Assembly (NCBI GenBank): GCA_963733375.1
Contig: CAVTDB010000009.1
Span: 1 to 64,000 of the forward strand
Origin: Nitrospirota bacterium
GTDB taxonomy: Bacteria; Nitrospirota; JACRHJ01
DNA length: 64,000 nucleotides
Direction: 5' to 3'
Part shown: positions 1-10,902 of the stretch, piece by piece
Numbering within the stretch: the stretch's first letter is position 1
Layout of the letters: each line of letters begins with the position of its first letter
Made by a program: the position numbers and the translations under genes
Notes under the pieces: model-generated
What the model saw: only the letters and a program-made list of their open reading frames with translations
The model's database searches: none
Told to the model about the DNA's origin: nothing

Positions 1-1003
1 CGCTTTCAGTTCTTCCAGCTTGACAGCCACGAAATCCACCAGCCTGTCCACGCCTTCGTGCGTCGCGGACGAAATCGCGAAGAACGGATATTTTTTCTTC
101 TTGCAATAATCCTGCAGACGTTTAACCCGCTCCTCGTCCTCGCACGCGTCCATCTTCGTCGCCACCGCCACCAGGAACCGCTCCATCAGCTCCGGGTTAT
201 GTTTCCGAAGTTCGTCGTTTATGGTCTCGAAATTCTTTACCGGCTCCCCTTCGGCCAGCGGGGAGACGTCCACCAGGTGCAGGAGGATCTTGGTGCGCTC
301 GACATGCCGCAGGAACTGCGCCCCAAGGCCCGCGCCTTTATGCGCCCCCTCGATAAGCCCCGGTATGTCCGCGACCACGAAACTTTTATGGTGCACAGGC
401 TTCACCACGCCCAGGTTCGGCACGAGCGTCGTGAACGGGTAATCGGCGATTTTCGGACGGGCCGACGATATGACGGAGATGAGGGTGGATTTCCCGGCGT
501 TCGGAAGCCCTATAAGACCCGCGTCCGCGAGCAGCTTCAGCTCCAGGAGCACCGTACGCGCAAGGCCCGGTTCCCCCGGCTGGGAGAAACGCGGGGCCTG
601 GTGAGTGGAGGACTTAAAGAACGTGTTCCCCTTGCCGCCCCGCCCGCCGTATGCGGCTATTACCTCCTGCCCGTCCTCGGCCAGGTCCGCAATGACTTCG
701 CCCGTCTCTTCGTCCTTCACCACGGTCCCGGTCGGCACCTTTACGATGATGTCCGGGCTGTCCGCGCCGGTCATCTGTTTGCCCCGGCCGTCGCCGCCGT
801 CCTTGCAGGTGTAGTGCTGCTGGTACTTGTGGTCGAGCAGGGTGTTCAGCTGGCTTGTCGCTTTGACTATGACGTTGCCGCCTTTTCCGCCGTCGCCGCC
901 GTCAGGGCCGCCTTTCGGGACGTACTTCTCCCTCCGGAAGCTTACGCAGCCTTTCCCGCCGTCGCCGGACTTTGATGTATATTTTTGCTAAATCTACGAA
1001 CAT
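1..1003 (-). CDS. obgE: GTPase Obg/CgtA, runs off the window's left edge; apparent 1-nt indel near codon 11
   Basis: Manual minus-strand translation gives MFVDLAKIYIK / SGDGGKGCVSFRREKYVPKGGPDGGDGG...GLPNAGKSTL...DYPFTT...DIPGLIEGA. Lies downstream of rplU-rpmA. Not in the ORF track. Confidence 0.95.
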
Positions 1004-1110
1004 TACGAATTGTTTCCTGGGTTTACTTGAAAATTATCCTAAAATTTTACCGTACAATCAAACAAAAAACCCGTCCGGCAAATAAAAAACCGCCACCGGC
1101 ACCGCGGGCC

Positions 1111-1142
1111 AAAAAAAAAGCCCCGCCGGAAGGCGGGGCTTT
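1111..1142 (-). terminator. Intrinsic terminator after rpmA
   Basis: Stem AAAGCCCCGCC-ggaa-GGCGGGGCTTT followed by a U-run on the minus strand. Confidence 0.8.
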
Positions 1143-1159
1143 CGATATCCTTTCGGCGA

Positions 1160-1429
1160 TTACGCCTCTCCCTGCGGGACGGCGTACACGCTCACCTTTT
1201 TCCGGTCTTTCCTGTACCGCTCGAATTTGACGATGCCCGGTATCCTGGCATAGAGCGTATCGTCCGAGCCAAGGCCCACGTTCGTGCCCGGATGGATTTT
1301 GGTGCCCCTCTGCCTGACGATTATGCTCCCGCCGGTGACGAACTCGCCTTCGTAGCGCTTGACTCCCAGCCTCTGTGAATTGGAGTCGCGGCCATTCCTG
1401 GAACTGCCGACGCCTTTTTTATGTGCCAT
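1160..1429 (-). CDS. rpmA: 50S ribosomal protein L27
   Basis: [24 protein letters not shown] signature. Confidence 0.99.
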   Translation of the reverse strand: MAHKKGVGSSRNGRDSNSQRLGVKRYEGEFVTGGSIIVRQRGTKIHPGTNVGLGSDDTLYARIPGIVKFERYRKDRKKVSVYAVPQGEA

Positions 1430-1468
1430 TTTATAACTCCTAAATTATGTATTCTGAAAAGAAAATTC

Positions 1469-1572
1469 GTTACTTTTCTTTCACGGTGAAAGAAAAGTAA
1501 CCAAAAGAAAAGCCGGACTAATTAAGTTCGCTGTTCTTTGGCGTTACTTTTCTTTACCCGAAAGAAAGTAAC
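1469..1572. repeat. Double-hairpin REP/REPIN-like element, copy A
   Basis: GTTACTTTTCTTTCA-cgg-TGAAAGAAAAGTAAC, then CAAAAGAAAAGC, a linker and an inverted second hairpin. Homologous to copies at 26136, 54128 and 56896. Confidence 0.85.
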
Positions 1573-1577
1573 AGGTT

Positions 1578-1889
1578 TTAAGCCGTAATTTCTTTGATCT
1601 TAAGCTCGGTAAAGTCCTGCCTGTGGCCGCGCATCTTGCGGTAGCCCTTGCGCCTCTTGTGCTTGAATACGAGGACCTTTTTCGCCCTGCCCTCGCGCAC
1701 GACTTCGGCTGTCACCTTGGCCCCCGAGACAAGCGGGCTGCCCACCTTCACGTCGCCCGCGTTCTCAAAAAGGAGCACATCGGCGATCTCCACCGTCTCC
1801 CCTGCCTGAACACCCAGGAACTCCACCTTTAAGACATCGCCCGGCGCGACTTTATACTGTTTTCCGCCGGTCTTTATTATTGCGTACAT
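1578..1889 (-). CDS. rplU: 50S ribosomal protein L21
   Basis: MYAIIKTGGKQYKV...GHRQDFT; GGAGG RBS upstream. Confidence 0.99.
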   Translation of the reverse strand: MYAIIKTGGKQYKVAPGDVLKVEFLGVQAGETVEIADVLLFENAGDVKVGSPLVSGAKVTAEVVREGRAKKVLVFKHKRRKGYRKMRGHRQDFTELKIKEITA

Positions 1890-1922
1890 TATGAACACCT
1901 CCGGTCAAAAATCGAAGGGATA

Positions 1923-1951
1923 TTTATATCGTACAATGAGGCGGTTGTCAA
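1923..1951 (-). promoter_or_regulatory. sigma70-type promoter of rplU-rpmA
   Basis: TTGACA-N17-TATAAA on the minus strand. Confidence 0.65.
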
Positions 1952-1988
1952 GACAAATTTAATTGACCAATAAGAGTATACCGCAAAA

Positions 1989-4195
1989 TTACCGTCTTTT
2001 CCCCCTGGCCCTGTACTTCGTCCAGACCGGCTCCCGCCGGGTGGCCTTTGGGATTCGGACATCCCGGCCACGGAGAACTCCATCTGCCGCCGTTCAAGGT
2101 CGATACGCTCAAGTATTACTTCCACCTTGTCCCCAAGCCGGTACGTCCGCCCGGTATGCTCGCCCGTCAAGGCGTGTTCCTGCTCGATATAGCTGTAATA
2201 GTCGTCATGGAGCGCGGTCAGGCGCACAAGCCCTTCCACGAAATATTCCTCCAGCTCCACGAAAAACCCGAACGCGGTCACGCCGGTAATATACCCCGTG
2301 AACTCTCCGCCGACCTTGTCCGTCATGAACTGGAGCTTCTTTATCGCCACCACCTCGCGCTCCGCTTCTTCGGACTCCCGCTCCATGAACGAGCAGTGCT
2401 GGCCAAGCGACCCAAGGCCGGAGGCGATTTCGGATTTGCGCTCCGCCGGGATGGATTTCTTCCTGATCAGCTCCTTTAACGCCCTGTGGACGCTTAAGTC
2501 CGGGTATCTCCTGATGGGCGAGGTGAAGTGGCAATAGCACCGGGCGGCGAGCCCGAAGTGGCCGACGTTTTCCGGGGTATATTTAGCGAGCTTCATCGAA
2601 CGCAGTATCACCGTGTTCAGGAAGCGCTCCTCCGGACGTCCCGCCAGTTTCTCTAAAAGATGGGCCAGATGTTTGGGGCGGATATTCCCTCCCGTGGGCC
2701 ACGGCAGTCCAAAACCTTTCACCAGGGAGCCCAGGACCTCTATCTTCTCCTCGTCCGGCTCTTCGTGCACGCGGTAGAGAAACGGCACGCCGTGCGCCTC
2801 CAGATGCGACGCCACGGTCTCGTTCGCGGCAAGCATGAACTCCTCTATAAGCTTATGGGCCATATTGCGCTCGGCCTTCACTATCGCGGTCGTCTTCCCG
2901 GTCAGGTCCAGTATCACTTCCGGCTCCGGCAGGTCGAAATCTATGCTGCCGCGCTTCCTGCGCATCTTGTTCAGCCGCTCCATCAGCTCGCGCATCTGCA
3001 TGAAGCCGTCCACCAGTTCCGCGTATTTCTCCTTTGTTTTCGGGTCGTCCTGCTCGATAATCAAGGCGACGTCCGTATAGGTCATACGCGCCCTGCTCTT
3101 TATAACGCTCTCGTAAACTTCGTAAGAGACGCGGTTCCCGTCTTTGTCGAATACCATCTCAGCCGTCAGGGTCAGGCGCTCCACGTCCGGGTTCAGGCTG
3201 CATATCCCGTTACTAAGCTCCTCCGGGAGCATCGGCAGGACGCGGTCCGGGAAATATACGCTGGTGGCCCTGTCCCTTGCGTCGCCGTCCAGGGCCGAGC
3301 CGGTCTTCACATAATTCGCCACGTCCGCGATGGAAACGAAAAGCCTTATAAGCCCGTCGCCCGCGGGCTCCACGGATACCGCGTCGTCGAAATCACGCGC
3401 GCGTTCTCCGTCTATCGTCACGGTCGGCTTTGTCCGCAGGTCAACCCGGCCTTTTCGCATCGCGGGCGTTACGTTTTGCGGAGAGGCCTTGGCCTCGTCG
3501 ATAGCCGCTCCTGAGAATTCAGTCGCAAGACCGTGCTCTTCGATTATCATGTCCGTCTCTATACCCGGCTCCCCCGGAAGACCTAAGACCTTCACCACCT
3601 CCGCCTCCGGCGCCTTGTGCGGTTCCGGGTAATGCTTTATCTGGGCGACCACCATCTGGCCGTCTTTCGCGCCGCCCCTCTCTTTCGGCGGGATGTAGAA
3701 GTCGTGCGTGATGCGCGGGTTTGTGGATACGACCACGCCGAAGCCGCGCCCGGACTCGTATTTTCCGACCACCCTCTCCGTCGCGCGTTCCAGTATCCTT
3801 ATTATGCGGCCTTCCCGTTTCCCCTCGCCTTTTTCGCGCTCGACCCTCGCCACGACCCTGTCCCCGTGCATCGCGCCCATCATCTCTATCGCCCGGACAT
3901 ATACGTCCTCCCCGCGGCCAGTCGTCCGGCCGTCTTCGGTATCCGGCATCACGAAGCCGTATCCGTCCGGGTGCACCGAGAGCTTGCCGACGACCAGGTT
4001 CATCTTTGAGGGAAGGCCGTAGCGGTTGCCGCGGATCTTGATTATCTCGCCTTCCCTTATCAGTTCGCGGATGGCGTGCTTCACGTCCTGCCGGGCCTCC
4101 TTCGGCGCGCCCAAGTTCCGCATCAGCTCCTTCATCAGGAGCGGGCGGTAGGTCTTCTCGCGCATGAGGGCCATGATTTTACTTTTTTGTTCCAT
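1989..4195 (-). CDS. rnr: Ribonuclease R; true stop probably ~1989, with an indel extending the ORF to 1889
   Basis: Cold-shock domains, RNB motifs TIDGERARDFDDAV and HFTSPIRRYPD, C-terminal S1 domain. Confidence 0.96.
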
Positions 4196-4210
4196 ATTTT
4201 TAATTTTACC

Positions 4211-4539
4211 TTATGAATGCACCAGCACGAAAACGCGGTAGCAGAACCATATTACGGGCAGGACGAAGACGGCCAGGAACCAGCGGTTTCTATGGAACAG
4301 TCCCCAGAAAAAGAAACCAAGCGCCGGAATAGAAGACGCCGTTGGCGGCCGTTGCGAGCGCTACGAAGCCGAACTTCACGTCCGTGGACTTGGCAGGGTC
4401 GGCAAGTAAAAGAAAGCCCGGCCAGAAAAATACGACAAACCAGGAACCGAAATCAAGCTGCCACGAAATGCCAGACGAACTCGAAGAAGAAGGGGACCAG
4501 AAGGCCGATAAGGCCGAATATAATCAGATATTTCCTCAA
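4211..4539 (-). CDS. Small hydrophobic membrane protein (~108 aa, two apparent indels)
   Basis: Manual translation: MRKYLIIFGLIGLLVPFFF...WFVVFFWPGFLLLAD...WFLAVFVLPVIWFCYRVFVLVHS*. Fills the gap between co-oriented genes. Confidence 0.55.
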
Positions 4540-4554
4540 ATGGAAATTCCCTTT

Positions 4555-4959
4555 TTAGTGTCCCTTTATCTTTACCAATAGCCCCTCGGCCTCCGCTACC
4601 ACCGTCCCGTCCTCTTTAACCGCGTCAGCCACCGCCTCGACAGTCCGCCCGGACTCCTTTAGGATTCGCCCGGTAACCACTACCTTCTCGCCTATTAGCA
4701 GCGGCTTTTTAAACCGCACCGTGAGCTTCCCCGTGACCGCGTTCATCCCCAGGGAATACGCAAGCTTCGTCATCGCCTCGTCCAGTATGGTGGAGATTAT
4801 CCCGCCGTGCACCATGCCCTTATAGCCCTGCCAGGTCTTCACGGGCGTAAAATCCGCCGAAAGCGACCTGTCGTCTCTGTCCAGGTGGAACTTAAGCTGA
4901 AGCCCCCCCTGGTTATGAAGACCGCATACGAAGCACATCTGGTCGTCGTCCAGTTCCAC
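4555..4959 (-). CDS. PaaI-family hotdog thioesterase
   Basis: CFVCG..N..GL, QGY.G.VHGGIISTILDE motifs; GTG start after GGAGG. Confidence 0.9.
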   Translation of the reverse strand: MELDDDQMCFVCGLHNQGGLQLKFHLDRDDRSLSADFTPVKTWQGYKGMVHGGIISTILDEAMTKLAYSLGMNAVTGKLTVRFKKPLLIGEKVVVTGRILKESGRTVEAVADAVKEDGTVVAEAEGLLVKIKGH

Positions 4960-5136
4960 TTTTCCTCCGGCTGACGGTCCGCCCCAGTTTGTTGTAATCT
5001 TTCCGCGCGGGCTTCCGTCTAAGGTTTGCAGTATGATAGCTTTTTCGGGAAGGCTGTTCAAGCTATATTTGTCATGTAAGTGATATACTAAACATAGGCA
5101 AAATAGTCTCAATTAGAAACCGGCATGGAGGAATAG

Positions 5137-6918
5137 ATGAAAAACCCGTCCCGTCCCGTAATATCCCTTTTGGGAGCCGTCCTTTCAATATTTCTTTTTT
5201 CCTTTGGAATTCAAGCGTTTGCCGATGAGCCCGCAGGGACGCCCGCAGGCCCGGCGGCGGGCCTTGGGATGGCGCGGGTTACCATGATGCAGGGGGATAC
5301 GTCTTTCAACAGCGAAGATACCGATGAATGGGCCGCGCTCTCGGTCAATTTCTCGCTCCGTGACGGGGACAGGCTATGGGCCGGAGACGACTCGAAGATA
5401 GAGGTCCAGTTCATGGGCGGGCACATGGCCTGGATAAACTATCAGACCGAACTCGACATCAACAAGATGGAAAGCGACAAGGGACGCGCCTTTCAGGTTG
5501 CAGTCGCTTCCGGCGAGGCATCCTTCGCCACCCGCCGGATGGGGCCTGACGACGTATTCCAGGTGGATACCCCGAACGCCAGCGTCCGGGCTTACGACAA
5601 GGCGCGCTTCCGTATTACCGTCCTCCAGGACGGGACTACCCAGGTTGGGGTATCGTCGGGCAGGGTCGAACTTGAGACGCAGGACGGCATCTCGGACGTA
5701 AGCGCTGGCGATATGGCGGAAATAACCCAGGACGGACAGGTATATACCAGCGCCCTTCCCGCGCGCGACGACTGGGACGACTGGGTGGACTCGCGCTGGG
5801 ACCGCTACAGGAAGCCGTCCGGGAGCGCGCGCTACCTGCCGCCGGATATGGCCGGCTACGGCTACGAGTTCGACGAAGGCGGCCGCTGGGTCGCCTATCC
5901 GGAGTACGGAGAGGTATGGGTGCCCGCGGTCGATCCGGCCTGGTCGCCGTACTCCAACGGCAGATGGGTATGGGTGGCGGGCGATTACGTATGGCTCCCG
6001 TACGACCAGTGGTACGCGCCCTTCCATTACGGCAGGTGGTCGTGGGCGGTTTCGACGGGCTGGTTCTGGCTGCCCCCGGCGGTCAGCGTAGGGGCGTGGT
6101 GGTCGCCGGGCTACGTCGGCTGGTCCTGGGGCCCGGGCGCGGTATCATGGGTGCCGCTCGGCCCGCGCGAGATATATTACGGCTACGGCTACTACGGTCC
6201 CGGGAGCGTCAACGTGAACGTGACCAGCGTCACCGTCGTTAAAAATGTCTACGTCAACAGCAGGGTGAATAACGGCGTCGTCGCCGTAGACAGGAATAAC
6301 TTCTTAAGGGGCGATACGAAGCGCATGCGCATAGCCCAAGGTCAGGACCCGTTCAGGCATCCGGGAGCGATGGGACAGCGGGTCATGCCAAGGCCGCCCG
6401 CGAGGGATATAAAACCGATAAAAGAGACGAGGCTCCCGAGGCCCGGTGTGAGGCCGAAGGCCCTGCCGCAGAGGCAGATGGAGAAGGCGCTCCCGATACT
6501 GAAGCAAAGGGCGATAGCGCGGACGCAGGGAAGGTCCGCATTCGCGCCGGGCAAGACGCCGCCGAAAGTGCCGCTAAAGCAGTTGGGTAAAAAGGTCCCG
6601 TTCGCGAGACCCGGGGCGGCTACCGCTCCCGGACTCAAACCCGGGAAGCCGGGCGGCCCGGGCGGCATGGAGCGGCAGCGGCCAGAAAGGCCTGGCGGGA
6701 TCAATGCTCCGGTCGGAAAGCCGGAAACCGAGGCCGGTGAGACCGGGAGCCCCGGCAAGGCCGGAAGGTCCTGGCCCGCATGGAAGCGTGCACCGCGCGA
6801 GGGCCAGCCTGAAGCGGGCAGGCCTGCGCAGAAAAAGCTGCCTCCCGCGGAGAAGCGCCAGGTAAAGCCAAAGGAAGAAAAGCAGAAAGAGCGGCAGAAG
6901 AAAGAAGAAGAGCGGTAA
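5137..6918 (+). CDS. Secreted FecR-like + DUF6600-type protein with a Pro/Lys/Arg-rich tail
   Basis: Signal peptide, FecR-like beta region, G.W..YPEYG.VW.P / WSPYSNGRW / PFHYGRW repeats. Confidence 0.8.
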   Translation: MKNPSRPVISLLGAVLSIFLFSFGIQAFADEPAGTPAGPAAGLGMARVTMMQGDTSFNSEDTDEWAALSVNFSLRDGDRLWAGDDSKIEVQFMGGHMAWINYQTELDINKMESDKGRAFQVAVASGEASFATRRMGPDDVFQVDTPNASVRAYDKARFRITVLQDGTTQVGVSSGRVELETQDGISDVSAGDMAEITQDGQVYTSALPARDDWDDWVDSRWDRYRKPSGSARYLPPDMAGYGYEFDEGGRWVAYPEYGEVWVPAVDPAWSPYSNGRWVWVAGDYVWLPYDQWYAPFHYGRWSWAVSTGWFWLPPAVSVGAWWSPGYVGWSWGPGAVSWVPLGPREIYYGYGYYGPGSVNVNVTSVTVVKNVYVNSRVNNGVVAVDRNNFLRGDTKRMRIAQGQDPFRHPGAMGQRVMPRPPARDIKPIKETRLPRPGVRPKALPQRQMEKALPILKQRAIARTQGRSAFAPGKTPPKVPLKQLGKKVPFARPGAATAPGLKPGKPGGPGGMERQRPERPGGINAPVGKPETEAGETGSPGKAGRSWPAWKRAPREGQPEAGRPAQKKLPPAEKRQVKPKEEKQKERQKKEEER

Positions 6919-6919
6919 A

Positions 6920-7751
6920 CTAAAAGCGGGTGAACTTGGCCCCGATGAAACTGGTTTTGGAAAGATAATCCAGAAGCGAAACCTTTTTGACGAAGCCTCC
7001 GCCGCAATGTGTGGCGGAGGTTTTAGTCCCGCTGGCGTTAATAAGGCAAGGCGCCGGCGTGCCGGACCCGGGCTTTGCTTCCATTTTTATTATGCCCAGG
7101 TGTCCGACTATCTCGCCGACCGCGCGCTTTGCCGGGTCTTTTATAAAATATATAATGTCTCCGTCCTTCAGGCGCGAGTAGTATTTCTCTTCCATAAGCT
7201 CCGCCTTCGGGACGTACTCCACCTTTTTATAACCTCTTGAACCCGGGACTTCCGCGGGAGGGGCTATTTCCGCTGTTATGTCTTTCCCCCATTTGCCGGA
7301 GGCTATCATGTCCTCGGCATAATCGAACCGCTCGCCGTAGTTTATGACTTCTCCGTCCTTGCCCAGCTTCCCCTTCGTCTTGAACCGCAGGTCTAATGCC
7401 TTATCGACGGCGCCTTCAGGCGTCCTGGAAAGCGCGAGTTCCACGGAGCGGAACACGAGGTACATGCAGTCCATCTCCTGGTCGCACACTATTTTCTTTG
7501 TCCGCACGTATTTGCCCAGCGGGTCCGTGTCGTACGGCACATTTCCGAACTGCTCCGCCCAGTAGGCTATCCGGGAGCCAACGGGCATGCCCGCGACAAG
7601 CGCCTGGCGCTCCTGGATTTCCTTGGCGCTGTATGGCTTGGAGCGGCATCCGTCCGCAAGTGCAGAGGGCGGGCGTGGGATGGCGGGGACGGCGCGGGAC
7701 GGCAAGAAGGACTAAAAGGGCCGCGGCCCCGGCCAAAAATAAGTTTTTCAT
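6920..7751 (-). CDS. Secreted NlpC/P60-like (DUF1460 amidase-like) protein, indel near the 5' end
   Basis: Signal peptide MKNLFLAGAAALL in another frame; PY...DC(M)YLV, HLGI and INAS motifs. Confidence 0.6.
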
Positions 7752-8107
7752 TAGTCGTCCCCTTCCATCCCCTCGATGTCCAGGTGGAACTTATGCATGA
7801 AGCGGCGATAGGCCGGGGAGAACAGGACCGCGACGAATGTCAGGAAGGCGACGCCGGAGAACAGGGCATAAAAAGACGAGAACAGCTTTCCCGCGTCCGA
7901 TTCCATGTGGTCCACGGGCCCCATCCCGGTGAGTATCATGGATGCGTTAAGGAAGGAGTCCACCCACGGGAGATGGCCGAAGTAGTGGTATCCCGCCATG
8001 CCGATGCCGATGGAGAACGCAAGGATCAAGAGGGAGAAAAGGGCGTAGCGCGCCTGGCGTCTCGCGAACTGTTGTCGGGTAAGCAGCGGCTTGTGGTGGT
8101 GCGACAT
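7751..8107 (-). CDS. Small two-TM membrane protein with a channel-pore-like segment
   Basis: TM-GYHYF..LPWVDSFLNASMILTGMGP-GKLF-TM layout. Confidence 0.7.
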   Translation of the reverse strand: MSHHHKPLLTRQQFARRQARYALFSLLILAFSIGIGMAGYHYFGHLPWVDSFLNASMILTGMGPVDHMESDAGKLFSSFYALFSGVAFLTFVAVLFSPAYRRFMHKFHLDIEGMEGDD

Positions 8108-8122
8108 GTATTTATTATATAG

Positions 8123-8154
8123 AAAAGGCGTTCCATATGGAACGCCTTTTTTTT
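8123..8154 (-). terminator. Terminator after tRNA-Leu (bidirectional-type)
   Basis: AAAAGGCGTTCCA-TA-TGGAACGCCTTTT. Confidence 0.75.
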
Positions 8155-8156
8155 AA

Positions 8157-8240
8157 TGGTGCCGGAGACGAGACTCGAACTCGTATGGGTCGCCCCACAC
8201 GCCCCTCAAACGTGCGTGTCTACCATTCCACCACTCCGGC
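8157..8240 (-). tRNA. tRNA-Leu (anticodon GAG)
   Basis: GCCGGAGTGGTGGAATGGTAGACACGCACGTTTGAGGGGCGTG...GTTCGAGTC...CTCCGGCACCA; long variable arm, encoded CCA. Confidence 0.97.
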
Positions 8241-8285
8241 AAACTTAATTATACTTTCCTAATATTGTTCTCCAACTGATTTCTT

Positions 8286-8323
8286 CCCCCTCGCCCCCTA
8301 CGGGAGAGGGGCGGGGGAGAGGG
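8286..8323. repeat. C/G-rich REP-like palindrome (CCCTCTCCC...GGGAGAGGG type)
   Basis: ccccctcgccccctacgggagaggggcgggggagaggg directly after the ilvE stop. Confidence 0.5.
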
Positions 8324-8332
8324 TTCTTTTTA

Positions 8333-9247
8333 TTATATCTTTGTAAGCCAGTCCTTGTGCTTCTTGGACTTGCCCTTGACTATCTCAAAAAACACCTTCT
8401 GAAGCGCCTGCGTGACCGGGCCGGGCTTTCCGTCGGCTATCGAGCGGCCGTCCACCTCGCGTATCGGCGTGACCTCCGCCGCGGTGCCGGTAAAGAACGC
8501 CTCGTCCGATATGTAAACCTCGTCCCTGGTAAACCGCTCTTCCCGGACCTCGTAACCAATCTCCGCCGCAAGCTCTATTATGGAGTCCCGCGTGATGCCT
8601 TCCAGGATGGAGGTAAGGGGCGTCGTCTTTATGATGCCCTTCCTTACGATGAAGATGTTCTCCCCGCTCCCCTCGGCCACGTAACCTTCAGGGTCCAGAA
8701 GCATCGCCTCGTCGCAGCCCGCCGCCCTCGCCTCGTGCTTGGCGAGCTGGGAATTTATGTACGACCCGGTGGACTTGGCGCGGGTCATGGTGATGTTCAC
8801 GTGGTGCCTCGTAAACGAGCTTGTCTTCACCTTGATGCCGTTCTTCAGGGCTTCGTCGCCGAGATAGGCGCCCCAGGGCCAGCACGATATCACAACGTTA
8901 ATCGGGCCTGAAACGGAAAGCCCCATTGCGCCGTAGCCGATATAGATGAGCGGACGGATGTAGCACTCGTCCAGCTTGTTCGCCTTTATCGTCTGGACGA
9001 CGGCCTTTTTCATCTCCGCCTTGGTAAACGGCACGTCCATCTGGAATATGTGCGCGGAGTCGAAGAGCCGGTCGATATGCTCGTCCAGCCGGAAGACATA
9101 CGAGCCGCCCTTGCCTTTGTAGCAGCGGATGCCCTCGAATACGGCCAGCCCGTAATGCAGGCTGTGCACCATGACGTGCACCTTCGCGTCGGCCCACGGG
9201 ACAAGCTTGCCATCCATCCAGATCTTTTCGGTCTCTTTCAAACTCAA
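8333..9247 (-). CDS. ilvE: Branched-chain amino acid aminotransferase
   Basis: [39 protein letters not shown]. Confidence 0.97.
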   Translation of the reverse strand: MSLKETEKIWMDGKLVPWADAKVHVMVHSLHYGLAVFEGIRCYKGKGGSYVFRLDEHIDRLFDSAHIFQMDVPFTKAEMKKAVVQTIKANKLDECYIRPLIYIGYGAMGLSVSGPINVVISCWPWGAYLGDEALKNGIKVKTSSFTRHHVNITMTRAKSTGSYINSQLAKHEARAAGCDEAMLLDPEGYVAEGSGENIFIVRKGIIKTTPLTSILEGITRDSIIELAAEIGYEVREERFTRDEVYISDEAFFTGTAAEVTPIREVDGRSIADGKPGPVTQALQKVFFEIVKGKSKKHKDWLTKI

Positions 9248-9311
9248 AACTCCTTAGGTTTTAGGAAGGTTCAAATAATAGCAGAGCGAGAACCTTAAAG
9301 TCAAACCTTTT

Positions 9312-10168
9312 TCAAAACCCGTCCTGACCTTCTTTATCAAGCTCTTCGAGTATCTCCTCCGGCGTATCCCCGGCATCCGGGACACACGGGTTCTCCGTCC
9401 ATCCCGGCTCCGCGTCCCGGACCTTTCCGAGGGCTCTCCGGCTCCGCGTCGCCCGAGACCTCTTCCTTGAACTCGGCCAGCTCCGCCTCGGCCTGCGCGG
9501 CCAGGGACGCCTCTTCCGCTTCGATATCCGCGCGCCGCTTCTCGCGGTACTCCTCGGCCATCCGTTCCATCTCCGGCCCGTCCAGGCCGGGAAGCTCCGG
9601 CTCCAGGTTGCCGAGTATCGTATTCTCCTCCATCCCAAGCTCGCGTTCCAGTTCCCGAAGCGAAGGGAGCGACGAGAGGTCCTTGAGTCCGAAATACTGG
9701 AGGAAGTCCGCCGTGGTCGCGTACATTATAGGTTTGCCCGGGACGTCCTGGCGTCCGGCAATCCTTATCAGCCGCCGCTCCAGCAGGGTCTTCAAGACGC
9801 CGTCCGCGTTCACGCCGCGTATAGCCTCGATCTCGGCGCGTATAAGGGGCTGGCGGTATGCTATTATCGCCAGCGTCTCCAAAGCCGGGGCGGAAAGCCT
9901 CGGCGGTTTTATCTTCTGCAGCCGCTTGATATACGGCCGCGTACTCCGGCCTGGTAATTATCTGGTAGCCGCCCGCAAGCTCGGCGATGCGCACGCCCCG
10001 GCCATCGGAATTGAAATCCTCCTGCAGAGACGTCAGCGCGTTTTGTATTTCTTCCGGCTCGACGCCCGAGTCCTCGCCGAAGGCCTCTTTTATCTTCCGC
10101 AGGCTAAGAGGCGTGTCTGAAACATATAGTAGTGCCTCTACAGACGCCTTAATCTGTTGAAGGGCCAT
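9312..10168 (-). CDS. scpB: SMC-Scp complex subunit ScpB (indels; acidic C-terminal tail)
   Basis: [22 protein letters not shown], then [21 protein letters not shown]...[18 protein letters not shown] across frames. Confidence 0.93.
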
Positions 10169-10892
10169 CTTCGGACACCGCTTTCATTATACGAATTACG
10201 CCGAATTCCTCGGCCTGGAATATCTTCACCGCCCGGATCCTCGCAAGCTCGAGTAGCGCCAGGAAAGTCACCACCACCTGGGCCCTGGTTAGACCCCCGT
10301 CGAAAAGCCCGTCGAAAGTAAGGCTCTTTTCCCCTGACAGTTTTTCCAGTATCTGGTTAATCCTGTCGGTGATGCTGATGCCCTCGCCGCCGACGTCGTG
10401 GAATTTTCCGGCGGGCACGTTCGTGAGCACGCGCTTGAACGCGTCTAAAAGGTCCATTAGGCCGAAGTTAAAAAGGGCTTCTTCCTTCGGCTCTTCGGAG
10501 TCCTCCCATGCGCCCTTCGCGGAACGGACGAACACGTCTCGCCAGAGGTTCTCCCGCGCGCCCAAATCTTCGGCTGCCTCCTTGAATTTCTTGTACTCGA
10601 GGAGCCTCTCGACAAGCTGCATCCTGGGGTCCACGCCCTCTTCCTCGCCCTCGCCTTCAGCCGGCGGAAGGAGCATCCGGGACTTTATCTGGGCGAGCGT
10701 CGCCGCCATCACCAGGAACTCGCCCGCGACCTCCAGGTTCAGCTCCGTCATCAGGTCGATATATTCGAGGTACTGCTCCGCGATCCGCGCGACTGGGATG
10801 TCGTATATGTCCACCTCGTCCTTGCGGATAAGGTGGAGCAGCAAATCCAGCGGCCCTTCGAATAACGGAATTTTTATGCTATAGTCAGACAT
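10149..10892 (-). CDS. scpA: Segregation/condensation protein ScpA
   Basis: FEGPLDLLLHLI, AGEFLVMAATL.IKSR.LLP, VVTFLALLEL. Confidence 0.97.
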   Translation of the reverse strand: MSDYSIKIPLFEGPLDLLLHLIRKDEVDIYDIPVARIAEQYLEYIDLMTELNLEVAGEFLVMAATLAQIKSRMLLPPAEGEGEEEGVDPRMQLVERLLEYKKFKEAAEDLGARENLWRDVFVRSAKGAWEDSEEPKEEALFNFGLMDLLDAFKRVLTNVPAGKFHDVGGEGISITDRINQILEKLSGEKSLTFDGLFDGGLTRAQVVVTFLALLELARIRAVKIFQAEEFGVIRIMKAVSEDGPSTD

Positions 10893-10902
10893 ATATTTTT
10901 TA

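Noticed and set aside
58-975. 305-aa plus-strand ORF
   Set aside because: Antisense shadow of obgE, which is on the minus strand. The same applies to the many long antisense ORFs over rnr, dnaJ, pilB and gltB in this GC-rich DNA.
4211-8156. Possible genomic island at the 3' end of tRNA-Leu
   Set aside because: No integrase, no duplicated tRNA 3' end seen, and composition matches the backbone.
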